Below are positions 29,640 to 37,773 of a DNA stretch of 64,000 nucleotides, in pieces (the first letter of the stretch is position 1; each line of letters opens with the position of its first letter). Position numbers and translations under genes: made by a program. The DNA is taken from contig BJGH01000002.1 of NCBI GenBank assembly GCA_014190355.1, positions 1,992-65,991 on the forward strand, in the 5' to 3' direction. The stretch comes from Alphaproteobacteria bacterium (GTDB taxonomy: Bacteria; Pseudomonadota; Alphaproteobacteria; Rickettsiales; UBA1997). The notes beneath the pieces were generated by a model. It was not told where the DNA came from. It made no database searches and saw only the letters and a list, made by a program, of their open reading frames with translations.

Positions 29640-30017
29640 AGAATTTATATTTAATTAAGAATTTTTAAAAGAAAACAAACCAAAACATGAAAGTTGGTTA
29701 GGATGGGAGTATATTTTTAAGGCTTTTCAAAAATAATGTAAAGTAAATTTTTAATTTTTTTAAAAAATTAAAAATTCCAATAAAGAGGTTTTCTTAAAAT
29801 TTTGTTTTAGTTTTTCTAAAAAGTTATATTTCAACTGAATGTTTTCCAAAATTCTATAAACTATTTCAACCTGAAATTAATCTTTGTTCAGATTTTATAA
29901 TATTAACTAAAATAACGAAATATATCAAGCACAGGAGTCTAATTATTTTAAAGAACTTCAGATCCACATAAGCTTTGAGCAAGTCAATTAGTGGTTTCTC
30001 TTAAGAAAAAGTAGCTT

Positions 30018-30422
30018 CTATGAATTTTGAATTTTTTTAAATTGACCATCGATTGATGCACCATCTTCAACCGCTAACGATCCATATTCAATATCACCGA
30101 CTATTCTTGCTTTACTAGACACGCTTATATTTTTAGCTTTAATTGTTCCTTCAATTTTGCCACGAATATTTAAGAACTCACTGAAAACATGACCCTCAAC
30201 AACCCCCTCTTCTCTGATAATTACAGAGTTTCCATTGATAGTTCCTCTAATATTACCCTCTATTTCAATTAACCCCTTGCTCTCTACTTGACCTTCAATT
30301 ACTAAATCACGGGCAATAATTGTTGGGGTTGATTTAAGATTGGTTGTAATTGCACCTAGCTTAATTCCAACTTGGTTGTTATTAACAGAATTAAGTTTTG
30401 ATCTGATTTTAGCTATTGACAT
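30018..30422 (-). CDS. Bactofilin
   Basis: Starts at MSIAKIRSKLNS (internal Met45 of the track ORF). The beta-helix repeat pattern VIEGQVESKGLIEIEGNIRGTINGNSVIIREEGVVEGHVF...IEGTIKAKNISVSSKARIVGDIEYGSLAVEDGASIDG is present. The start overlaps the upstream M23 gene by 14 nt. Confidence 0.85.
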   Translation of the reverse strand: MSIAKIRSKLNSVNNNQVGIKLGAITTNLKSTPTIIARDLVIEGQVESKGLIEIEGNIRGTINGNSVIIREEGVVEGHVFSEFLNIRGKIEGTIKAKNISVSSKARIVGDIEYGSLAVEDGASIDGQFKKIQNS

Positions 30423-31644
30423 ATTTGGTTTTTTCGTTGTTGAGAATCTCCCCTGCTTCAAGGAATTTTCTTGGGTTAAGAGGAATGTTTTTATACCTAA
30501 CTTCATAATGGAGGTGCGCCCCAGTACTTCGCCCTGTATTCCCTTGAAAGGCAATTACCTCTCCTTGACGGACTATATCACCCTCCTTAACCTTAATTGC
30601 CGAAAGATGGCCATATCGCGTTGAAATACCGTAGCCGTGGTCAATAACAACAGCATTTCCATAATCACTAAATTTACCAGCAAGAATCACTTTTCCAGCG
30701 GAAGGGCTTATAATTTTTTCATTAGCAACACCAACAAAGTCAAGACCGCTGTGATGATTATAACGATGCGTTAGTGGATCAACTCTCATTCCAAAGCCAC
30801 TGGAAACATAATAATTTTTCATTGGTCTGCCAAAAGGCATAGCCTTAGCAAGTTTTTCTAAAACCATTAAGTAGTCAATCTCACTTGTGAACTCCATAAG
30901 AGATATTTCTTCATCCATTTTATATTTACTTCCAGTTAAAGCATTGTCAATGCTACTTGAATTTGACTCATCTGGACCACCCTGAGCAGAGTATGACTGC
31001 GAGCTGTTGTTCAATGATGTTTCTTTAAAATCTGCCTTGTTGAGAATTTTTTGTGCTACAGATTTAGATTTTTTTATAGTTAATCCCGTTAAACTTATAG
31101 CGTTCTCAATTTTTTTAATTCGATCTTTGGTAAGAAATCTGAAGTCATTCATTTGGTCCTTGCTATCGGCAATTGAATTAATTATCAACTTATCGCGCTT
31201 TGAGAGTTGGTTCTGATCAATATTTTTTGGAATTTTAGAACTTGAGTCATTATCGCGAACCTCTTTAACATTGTGCTTAGAGCCAGTTATAGTAATGACA
31301 TATTCATTAATTTTTTTAAGTTTTTCATTAACATTATCAAACTCATCTTCAAAGTATGAATTTATTGACTTAAGACGCGATATTTCACGAGATTTGTCTT
31401 CGAGAATCTCATTATAACGAAATGATTGATTAAAAATATTTATCATCCAAGCTATCACAAGAACTATCGCTATCTGAGGGATAACACCAAGATTGACGCT
31501 TCTTATTTTTTCATTAGTTACAAACAATATGGTTCTCTTGGCAAAGGCTATTTTGGCAAGGCGTTTAACGATAAATATCAAAACCTCAATGATCAGAAGA
31601 CCAAGATCTTGAGCTTTCTTTTTAAATAAAAGGCTTCTTTTCAT
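30409..31644 (-). CDS. Membrane-anchored M23 (LytM-type) metalloendopeptidase with a coiled-coil linker
   Basis: N-terminal TM, then HSGLDFVG...DHGYGISTRYGHL...GNTGRSTGAHLHYEV (HxxxD and HxH zinc ligands intact). Confidence 0.85.
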   Translation of the reverse strand: MKRSLLFKKKAQDLGLLIIEVLIFIVKRLAKIAFAKRTILFVTNEKIRSVNLGVIPQIAIVLVIAWMINIFNQSFRYNEILEDKSREISRLKSINSYFEDEFDNVNEKLKKINEYVITITGSKHNVKEVRDNDSSSKIPKNIDQNQLSKRDKLIINSIADSKDQMNDFRFLTKDRIKKIENAISLTGLTIKKSKSVAQKILNKADFKETSLNNSSQSYSAQGGPDESNSSSIDNALTGSKYKMDEEISLMEFTSEIDYLMVLEKLAKAMPFGRPMKNYYVSSGFGMRVDPLTHRYNHHSGLDFVGVANEKIISPSAGKVILAGKFSDYGNAVVIDHGYGISTRYGHLSAIKVKEGDIVRQGEVIAFQGNTGRSTGAHLHYEVRYKNIPLNPRKFLEAGEILNNEKTKYVNS

Positions 31645-31744
31645 TTATTCAGCAAAAAATTTCACATTAATATTAGCATACAGATTTTTTTTTAAAAAAA
31701 ATACCATGTCAAGATAAATTAAGTTTTGTTTTCAACTTAACCTA

Positions 31745-31773
31745 TTGACAAAAAAATTAGTTAATGGAATAAT
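31745..31773 (+). promoter_or_regulatory. Sigma70-like promoter candidate (TTGACA-17 nt-AATAAT)
   Basis: Perfect -35 TTGACA at 31745-31750, a 17-nt spacer, then AATAAT at 31768-31773. It lies about 265 nt upstream of the rpmE ATG. -10-like hexamers are common in AT-rich DNA, so this is tentative. Confidence 0.3.
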
Positions 31774-32038
31774 AGTTACAGAACTCCTTGATTGGTTGAT
31801 CAAATCGACCTAATATGTCTTAATAATTTATGGAAATATTTTCTATTAATGTCAAAAGATGTTTTAAGTTATGATTTTTCAACTTCGAAGTAGCTTTGAT
31901 TTTTAACTATTTTTTTGATTTATAAAACTAAAACAACAATTTAGTTTAAATCGACTTTAATCAAATTAATTATCGCAAATATCAAGATAGCTATATTCTA
32001 AATCAAGAATTTAATTAATCAATACTTTAAATTATCTC

Positions 32039-32344
32039 ATGTCTAGTCCAAAAATTTCAAATAAGGCGAAGCTAGAAGGCTTTCACCCCCAACAACATAC
32101 CGTTACAGTTAAAATGACCGATGGGTCAACTTTCCCAATACTAACTTCTTGGGGCTTAGATTCCAAAAACAAACAAACTATTACAACACTAACTCTAGAT
32201 GTTGACCCTAAAAACCATCCAGCATGGCAAGATAAGGCTAATAACTTCGTCAATGTTAACAATGAGATGGTCAGCAAATTTAAAAATAAATTTGGCGATT
32301 TCAATTTTGTTGGAAACGAAGAGAAAAAGGAAGACAAGAAATAG
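32039..32344 (+). CDS. rpmE: Ribosomal protein L31 (no CxxC zinc motif) with an extended acidic/basic C-terminus
   Basis: GFHPQQHTVTVKMTDGSTFPILTSWG...LTLDVDPKNHPAW...VSKFKNKFG parallels alphaproteobacterial L31 (IHPDYH..V.MTDG....STWG...L.LDIDP.SHPAWTG...KF..RF). Confidence 0.75.
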   Translation: MSSPKISNKAKLEGFHPQQHTVTVKMTDGSTFPILTSWGLDSKNKQTITTLTLDVDPKNHPAWQDKANNFVNVNNEMVSKFKNKFGDFNFVGNEEKKEDKK

Positions 32345-32347
32345 TCA

Positions 32348-33061
32348 ATGAATTCCCAAAACCCAAATTCAATAATATGCTTATCGGGTTGGGCTCAAAA
32401 ACATGATAGCCTTGGGATAATTTTCAATTATCACAAATTTACTTCCTCATACCAGATCCAATGTCTTGACTACTCGAGATTCAATTCTTTGGATCTTTTT
32501 TTTAATGAATTAGAAAAATATCAAAACTGTGAAATAGCTGTTGGCTGGAGCATGGGTGGACAACTGCTTATTCGTTCAATTGTTAAAAAAATTATTAAAC
32601 CAAAATATTTAATTCTTATTGCTCCACCCTTCCAAATGCTCAAGGATCACAGAATTAGCTCAGGAATGCGATTAGAACTTTATCAAAAAGTTCAGTTAGC
32701 CTTAAACCAAAATTCAACCCTTTTTTTACGAGACTTCCTTGCCTTGATGGCCAAGAATGACCGGAACTCTCGAGAAATTATTAGAGATCTAGCTGTTGAG
32801 GAAAATAATTTCCATAATTTAAAATTTTGGTATGAACAATTATGCGGCTTTTCTTGTTTTGATTTAGATCTCAACTTACTCCCCAAAACACTATATTTTC
32901 ATGGATTTGGCGATGCAGTGGTTCATGTTTCACAAAAAGATTATTTTAAAAAACGCATAAAAAATTTTAAAGAAATTATCTTTGAAAAATCTGGACATAC
33001 TCCACACATTTCTCATCTTCAAGAAATTCGTAATGCCATCGAAGAATTTATTGCAACATAA
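32348..33061 (+). CDS. Alpha/beta-fold hydrolase, BioH-like esterase candidate
   Basis: 237 aa with nucleophile elbow GWSMGG and a C-terminal GHTPHISH histidine motif similar to BioH (AAHAPFISH). Substrate unknown. Confidence 0.5.
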   Translation: MNSQNPNSIICLSGWAQKHDSLGIIFNYHKFTSSYQIQCLDYSRFNSLDLFFNELEKYQNCEIAVGWSMGGQLLIRSIVKKIIKPKYLILIAPPFQMLKDHRISSGMRLELYQKVQLALNQNSTLFLRDFLALMAKNDRNSREIIRDLAVEENNFHNLKFWYEQLCGFSCFDLDLNLLPKTLYFHGFGDAVVHVSQKDYFKKRIKNFKEIIFEKSGHTPHISHLQEIRNAIEEFIAT

Positions 33062-33063
33062 TC

Positions 33064-33930
33064 CTAACTTACCTTAATTGACCATTTTTTTCCAAGATAG
33101 CTTTCGATTGATTTTCTTTCTTCTTGATTGAGTGCTCGATCAAAGATTATAATTTCACCAATTATTCCGTTCATAAATTCGGTATTAAAAGTTTTGCCAA
33201 TAGTGTTGTTATTAGCTGTTGAGACTCGGTTAGTTGCTGCATCTGAAGCCTTCAATACCCCGTCGGTAAAACCATATCTATTTGTTAAATTATAAACAAA
33301 AGTATGGATGGTCATTTTTTGAATAGTTACTGAATTAGTTAAATAAATATCATTACCCCACCAGTAATTAACAATTGAGGTACTTCCGTCATAACGAAAG
33401 GCATTAGCCCCTTGACCAACTCCATAATCTCCAGATCCAAGTAGCCCGCAAGCACAATAAGCATAAGTTTGTGAAACAAAAAAAATGGTGTAAGGCGTAT
33501 TATTGAATGGAATAGTTCCATCTGGCAAATAAAAAAAATCTTGATTAGTAAATTTTGCCACAGGTAACTTTGTTGAATCGTCGATTGCATATTGAGGTTT
33601 ATTTACATCAACAGTCTGAAAACCATTAATTTTAGATGATGACTGAATGTTACTATCAAACCAGTTACTTAGAAGTGATCCACTTGACATTTCACCTTCA
33701 TTAAAACTTTTTTCACCAACTGATTCATACCATGCAATTAAATTTTTAACCGATGGAACCGGCGATGATAAGGTAATTGATCTAGCAGACATTAAGCGCA
33801 TTTGGTTAATTAAACGCGATGATTGAGTAACTCCTGCAACTAATATGCCAACTATTAGAATTACTATCGATAATTCAATTAGAGAAAAAGCGCTGTAATT
33901 TTTTTTTGATTTTAAAAAATTGTTATTCAT
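33064..33930 (-). CDS. Prepilin-type N-terminal methylation-motif protein fused to a LamG/concanavalin-like lectin domain
   Basis: N-terminus KKNYSAFSLIELSIVILIVGILVAG (class III signal with Glu+5). The C-terminus GIIGEIIIFDRALNQEERKSIESYLGKKWSI is typical of LamG-domain ends. Confidence 0.7.
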   Translation of the reverse strand: MNNNFLKSKKNYSAFSLIELSIVILIVGILVAGVTQSSRLINQMRLMSARSITLSSPVPSVKNLIAWYESVGEKSFNEGEMSSGSLLSNWFDSNIQSSSKINGFQTVDVNKPQYAIDDSTKLPVAKFTNQDFFYLPDGTIPFNNTPYTIFFVSQTYAYCACGLLGSGDYGVGQGANAFRYDGSTSIVNYWWGNDIYLTNSVTIQKMTIHTFVYNLTNRYGFTDGVLKASDAATNRVSTANNNTIGKTFNTEFMNGIIGEIIIFDRALNQEERKSIESYLGKKWSIKVS

Positions 33931-34060
33931 AGAAAATTGAAAACAAATTTTAACAATAATTTATAATTTTTTTTAAGAAAAATAAAATATTTACTAATAA
34001 AATTACTTGAGCTTATAAAAGCTTAAAAGTCAACAAAATTTAGTCAAATAATATATTGGT

Positions 34061-34137
34061 TGGCGAGCCCGAGACGATTCGAACGTCCGACCCACAGCTT
34101 AGAAGGCTGTTGCTCTATCCAGCTGAGCTACGGGCTC
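34061..34137 (-). tRNA. tRNA-Arg (anticodon UCU), CCA encoded
   Basis: The reverse complement gagcccgtagctcagctggatagagcaacagccttctaagctgtgggtcggacgttcgaatcgtctcgggctcgcca folds by hand into a cloverleaf with anticodon loop ctTCTaa. Confidence 0.9.
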
Positions 34138-34243
34138 TGAAAAATGAAGGTAAATTTTTTTAAATCATCTACGGCAAGATAATTGAAATCTATCAAAAGT
34201 CTAATCTTTGAAAAATTAATTGCAATCCCTAAAAAAACAAAAA

Positions 34244-34909
34244 TTATTTTTTAATCCTTTGCCCAAATATTGCCGTTCCTAGGCGAATATGGGTTGCACC
34301 TAAAGCAATTGCTTCTTGAAAATCTCCACTCATTCCCATTGAAATTTGTGAAAAATTATATTGATTGGCAATTTTTTTTAACAGCGCAAAATATGGCGAA
34401 GCCAATTCTTCAGCAGGAGGAATAGCCATGATCCCTGCAAATTCGATATCTAATTCATTTTTACAAAAATTAATAAACTCGGCAATTTCGTTAATTTTAA
34501 TTCCATATTTTTGAGCTTCATCACCGATATTGACTTGCAACATTAAATCAATTTTTTTTCCTTGGTTTATCATTTCTTTTTTTAAGGCAATAGCTAACTT
34601 CTTGCTATCAACTGTTTGAATGCAATCAAATGTTTCAACGGCTTCTTTAACCTTGTTGCTCTGTAAGTGACCTATCAAATGAAGCTCAATTGAGGGATAT
34701 TCCTGACGAATTTTTGACCATTTATCCTGAGCTTCTTTGACATAATTTTCGGCAAAAATTTTACAACCCAAATTAATCGCTTCAATGATTTTTTCACTTG
34801 CAATAGTTTTTGATACCGCAATAATCTTAACCTTTGAACTATCGCGGTTAAAGGTTTTGCAGGTTTTAGCAATTTTTTCTTTTATCGAAATTAAATTTTC
34901 TTTGATCAT
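34244..34909 (-). CDS. yggS: PLP-homeostasis protein YggS (COG0325)
   Basis: 221 aa with KIIAVSKT (PLP Lys), FAENYVKEA, HLIGHLQSNK and SMGMSGDF. Confidence 0.9.
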   Translation of the reverse strand: MIKENLISIKEKIAKTCKTFNRDSSKVKIIAVSKTIASEKIIEAINLGCKIFAENYVKEAQDKWSKIRQEYPSIELHLIGHLQSNKVKEAVETFDCIQTVDSKKLAIALKKEMINQGKKIDLMLQVNIGDEAQKYGIKINEIAEFINFCKNELDIEFAGIMAIPPAEELASPYFALLKKIANQYNFSQISMGMSGDFQEAIALGATHIRLGTAIFGQRIKK

Positions 34910-35582
34910 GAAAAATTATCGTTTGTTATTAGAAGTTAACAAATTTAAACATTTTAATCCTAAAAATAATAAATCACCAGCTAGTCAAGTCAACTGCGTT
35001 TTCTTCACTGATCGCAAAAAAATTTCACAACCCTGTCAATTACTTAATTTATTACCGAAAAATTCTGCAATAATTTTTCGTGAATACGATCTTAGTTCGC
35101 TGGAGAGGTTTATCCAAGCCCAAAAAATTTTTGATGAAATTAAAAAATATCCACAAAAAAATTTCAAATTTTTAATTGGTAAAGATTTCGCCCTTGCCAT
35201 GAAATTAAAGGCTGATGGCATCCATTATTCTGATCATGATTTACTAACTAATAAAAATTTTGCTAAAGTAAATTTACCAAAAAAATTTATTTTTAGCATT
35301 GCTCTTCATCATCCTAAAAATTGTTTTTTATTAAAGAAATTTAAAACCAATCTGGTTTTTTTTAGTCCAATTTTTCAATCAACAAGCCATCCCTCTAAAT
35401 CTGGAATAGGAGTTCATAAATTTTCTAGATTATTAATAAAAAACAAATATTTTGTTAATTCAACAAATTTCACGCCAAGAATTTTTGCTCTTGGTGGAAT
35501 TAATCTTTCCAATATCAAGCAAATCAGAATACTGAAAATAGCTGGTTTTGGAGCAATTGATTTATTTAAAATTTATGACTAA
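34908..35582 (+). CDS. ThiE/TenI-family (thiamine-phosphate synthase-like) protein
   Basis: Starts at internal Met42 of the track ORF (MKNYRLL...). ADGIHYSDHD and RIFALGGINLSNIKQI...GFGAIDLF resemble ThiE TIM-barrel motifs. The N-terminus is poorly conserved. Confidence 0.5.
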   Translation: MKNYRLLLEVNKFKHFNPKNNKSPASQVNCVFFTDRKKISQPCQLLNLLPKNSAIIFREYDLSSLERFIQAQKIFDEIKKYPQKNFKFLIGKDFALAMKLKADGIHYSDHDLLTNKNFAKVNLPKKFIFSIALHHPKNCFLLKKFKTNLVFFSPIFQSTSHPSKSGIGVHKFSRLLIKNKYFVNSTNFTPRIFALGGINLSNIKQIRILKIAGFGAIDLFKIYD

Positions 35583-37077
35583 AAACAATTCCTCAAAACT
35601 TTTAAAAACTAGAAAAAAAACCACTGGCAATACTTATACCAACGCCAATACCCTAAATCATAAAATTACTCCTGTAATCCTTTCAGGTGGATCTGGAACT
35701 CGACTCTGGCCAATTTCACGGCAAGCCAACCCTAAACAATTTCTTGATTTTTTTGGGGAAAAAACTTTGTTTAGCAAAACAGCTCTTCGCTGTAAAAATC
35801 AAGATTTTTTTCTCTCACCAATTGCTGTTAGCAATGCAGATCACCGTTTTATTGTAGCTGAAGAATTTCAAAAAAATAAAATTATTCCAAAATCAATAAT
35901 ACTTGAACCTTGCGCTAGAAACACTGCTGCAGCTATCGCTGTTGCCTGTCTTAATATTGTTGAAAGCAATGTTAGCGATGATTTAATTTTGGTAATGCCT
36001 TCCGATCATCTAATCAAAGACGAGATTAAATTTGTTAATCACATTAATAAAGCTAAGGAATTAGCCTTAAAAGGATATTTAGTTACCTTTGGCATCGTTC
36101 CAACTTATCCGGAAACTGGTTATGGTTATATTAAAGCTGATAAGGAACTAGACATAAAAAATAAAATTTTTACCGTTAGGGAATTTATTGAAAAACCAAA
36201 TAAAGACAAAGCTGAGAAATTTATTAAGAGCAAAAATTATTTTTGGAATAGTGGAATTTTTCTCTTTAGTGCCAAAACTTATTTACAAAACTTACGCCAA
36301 TTAAATGGCGAAATTTTTAACAACTGCGTTCGTTCCTTCAGCAAAGCAGTTAAGGATTTAGATTTTATTAGACTTAATCAAGAAGATTTTGAAAAATGTC
36401 CAAATATATCAATTGATTATGCAGTAATGGAAAAAGCTGAAAAAATTGCGGTAATGCCTATGGATATTGGCTGGTCAGATATTGGTTCTTGGCAAGCTAT
36501 TGCTGATTTATCATCAAAAGATAGTAATAACAATAGCTTAATTGGCGATGTTTATGCCTTAAAAACTAAAAATAGCTATATCAATTCACGCCATGGTGTT
36601 ATTGCTTGTATTGGCGTAGAAAATTTAATAATTGTTAGCCTTAAAGATTGTTTTTTAGTAATCAACAAAAACAATGCCCAAGACGTTAAGGAAATGTTTA
36701 ATTTATTACAAAAACATAAAAGAGAAGAAGTTATCAGCCATACCAAAGTTCTTCGCCCTTGGGGAAGTTTTGAAACAATTGATCTTGATGAAAAATTCAA
36801 AGTTAAAAGAATTACCGTTAAACCAAATGCCTCGCTCTCCTTACAAATGCATCATCATCGCAGTGAACACTGGGTTGTTGTTAAAGGAATTGCCAAAGTA
36901 GTGTGCGGCAATAAAGAATATGTTCTTAAAGAAAATGAATCAACTTACATTCCCGTAGGTAAAAAACATCGCTTAGTAAATAATGGCAAAACCACTTTAG
37001 AGATTATTGAGGTTCAAACTGGCTCTTACCTTGGCGAAGATGACATTGTTCGTTTCGAAGACAAATATGGTAGATAA
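35575..37077 (+). CDS. manC: Bifunctional mannose-1-phosphate guanylyltransferase / mannose-6-phosphate isomerase
   Basis: PVILSGGSGTRLWPISR...PKQFL in the N-domain; C-terminal cupin RPWGSFE...HHHRSEHWVVVKG. The ATG at 35575 overlaps the preceding stop (ATGACTAA). The track start at 35548 is a TTG. Confidence 0.9.
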   Translation: MTKNNSSKLLKTRKKTTGNTYTNANTLNHKITPVILSGGSGTRLWPISRQANPKQFLDFFGEKTLFSKTALRCKNQDFFLSPIAVSNADHRFIVAEEFQKNKIIPKSIILEPCARNTAAAIAVACLNIVESNVSDDLILVMPSDHLIKDEIKFVNHINKAKELALKGYLVTFGIVPTYPETGYGYIKADKELDIKNKIFTVREFIEKPNKDKAEKFIKSKNYFWNSGIFLFSAKTYLQNLRQLNGEIFNNCVRSFSKAVKDLDFIRLNQEDFEKCPNISIDYAVMEKAEKIAVMPMDIGWSDIGSWQAIADLSSKDSNNNSLIGDVYALKTKNSYINSRHGVIACIGVENLIIVSLKDCFLVINKNNAQDVKEMFNLLQKHKREEVISHTKVLRPWGSFETIDLDEKFKVKRITVKPNASLSLQMHHHRSEHWVVVKGIAKVVCGNKEYVLKENESTYIPVGKKHRLVNNGKTTLEIIEVQTGSYLGEDDIVRFEDKYGR

Positions 37078-37089
37078 TTTTTAAAAACT

Positions 37090-37767
37090 ATGGAACAATT
37101 TTTAATAATTTTTCATCAACAAATTAAATTACAATTGTTAAGACGCAAAAATTTTATCAATAATTCCTTATTTTTTTTAAGTTTTTTTATCATTTTTGTT
37201 TTAATAATAACTCCCTTACAAAGCTCATTTAAGATAGAATTATCAAGTGAATCAAAATATCAATCACTGATAACTTGCGCAAGTATTTTTGCTTTGCTGT
37301 TTAGTCTTTTGGCTAGTAGTTTTGAGTTTTTGCAAGAGGATTTTCGCGATGGAACACTTGAACAAATAATGATCAAATGTTCAAATTTTGAAATTTATTT
37401 TTTTGCAAAAATGATTGCTAATTGGCTTAGCAATTGTTTGTTCAATGTTGTCTTAGCGGTATTTTTATCTTGGCTTTTAGGCTTATCGGTACAATTTTTA
37501 ACTAACTTTTTTTTACTGTTTTTTCTTGCCAGTTTATTGATAAATTTTATCTGTTGTTTTGGAGCAAGTTTAGCAATATTGCAAGGCTCAATTTCTTTAA
37601 TCGCTTTTATAATTTTGCCATTAATCTTACCAATCGTTATTTTTTCATGTTTAGCAATTTTAGATAATTTTGCACAACATTTAAAAATTTTACTTGGTTT
37701 AAATATTTTCTTAATTCCACTATTAACTTTTAGTAGTGGTGTATTAGCAAAAATAGCTTTGGATTAA
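37090..37767 (+). CDS. ccmB: Heme exporter protein B (cytochrome c maturation)
   Basis: 225 aa, six hydrophobic helices. FEFLQEDFRDGTLEQIMI matches the CcmB signature (ERLFRDDLQDGSLEQLML). Confidence 0.8.
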   Translation: MEQFLIIFHQQIKLQLLRRKNFINNSLFFLSFFIIFVLIITPLQSSFKIELSSESKYQSLITCASIFALLFSLLASSFEFLQEDFRDGTLEQIMIKCSNFEIYFFAKMIANWLSNCLFNVVLAVFLSWLLGLSVQFLTNFFLLFFLASLLINFICCFGASLAILQGSISLIAFIILPLILPIVIFSCLAILDNFAQHLKILLGLNIFLIPLLTFSSGVLAKIALD

Positions 37768-37773
37768 AATTAT

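Noticed and set aside
29962-29968. DnaA-box-like ATCCACA in the glnA/bactofilin spacer (possible origin of replication)
   Set aside because: It is a single partial box (7 of 9) with no cluster of boxes, no adjacent AT-rich unwinding-element pattern distinguishable from the background, and no dnaA or hemE-type flanking genes.
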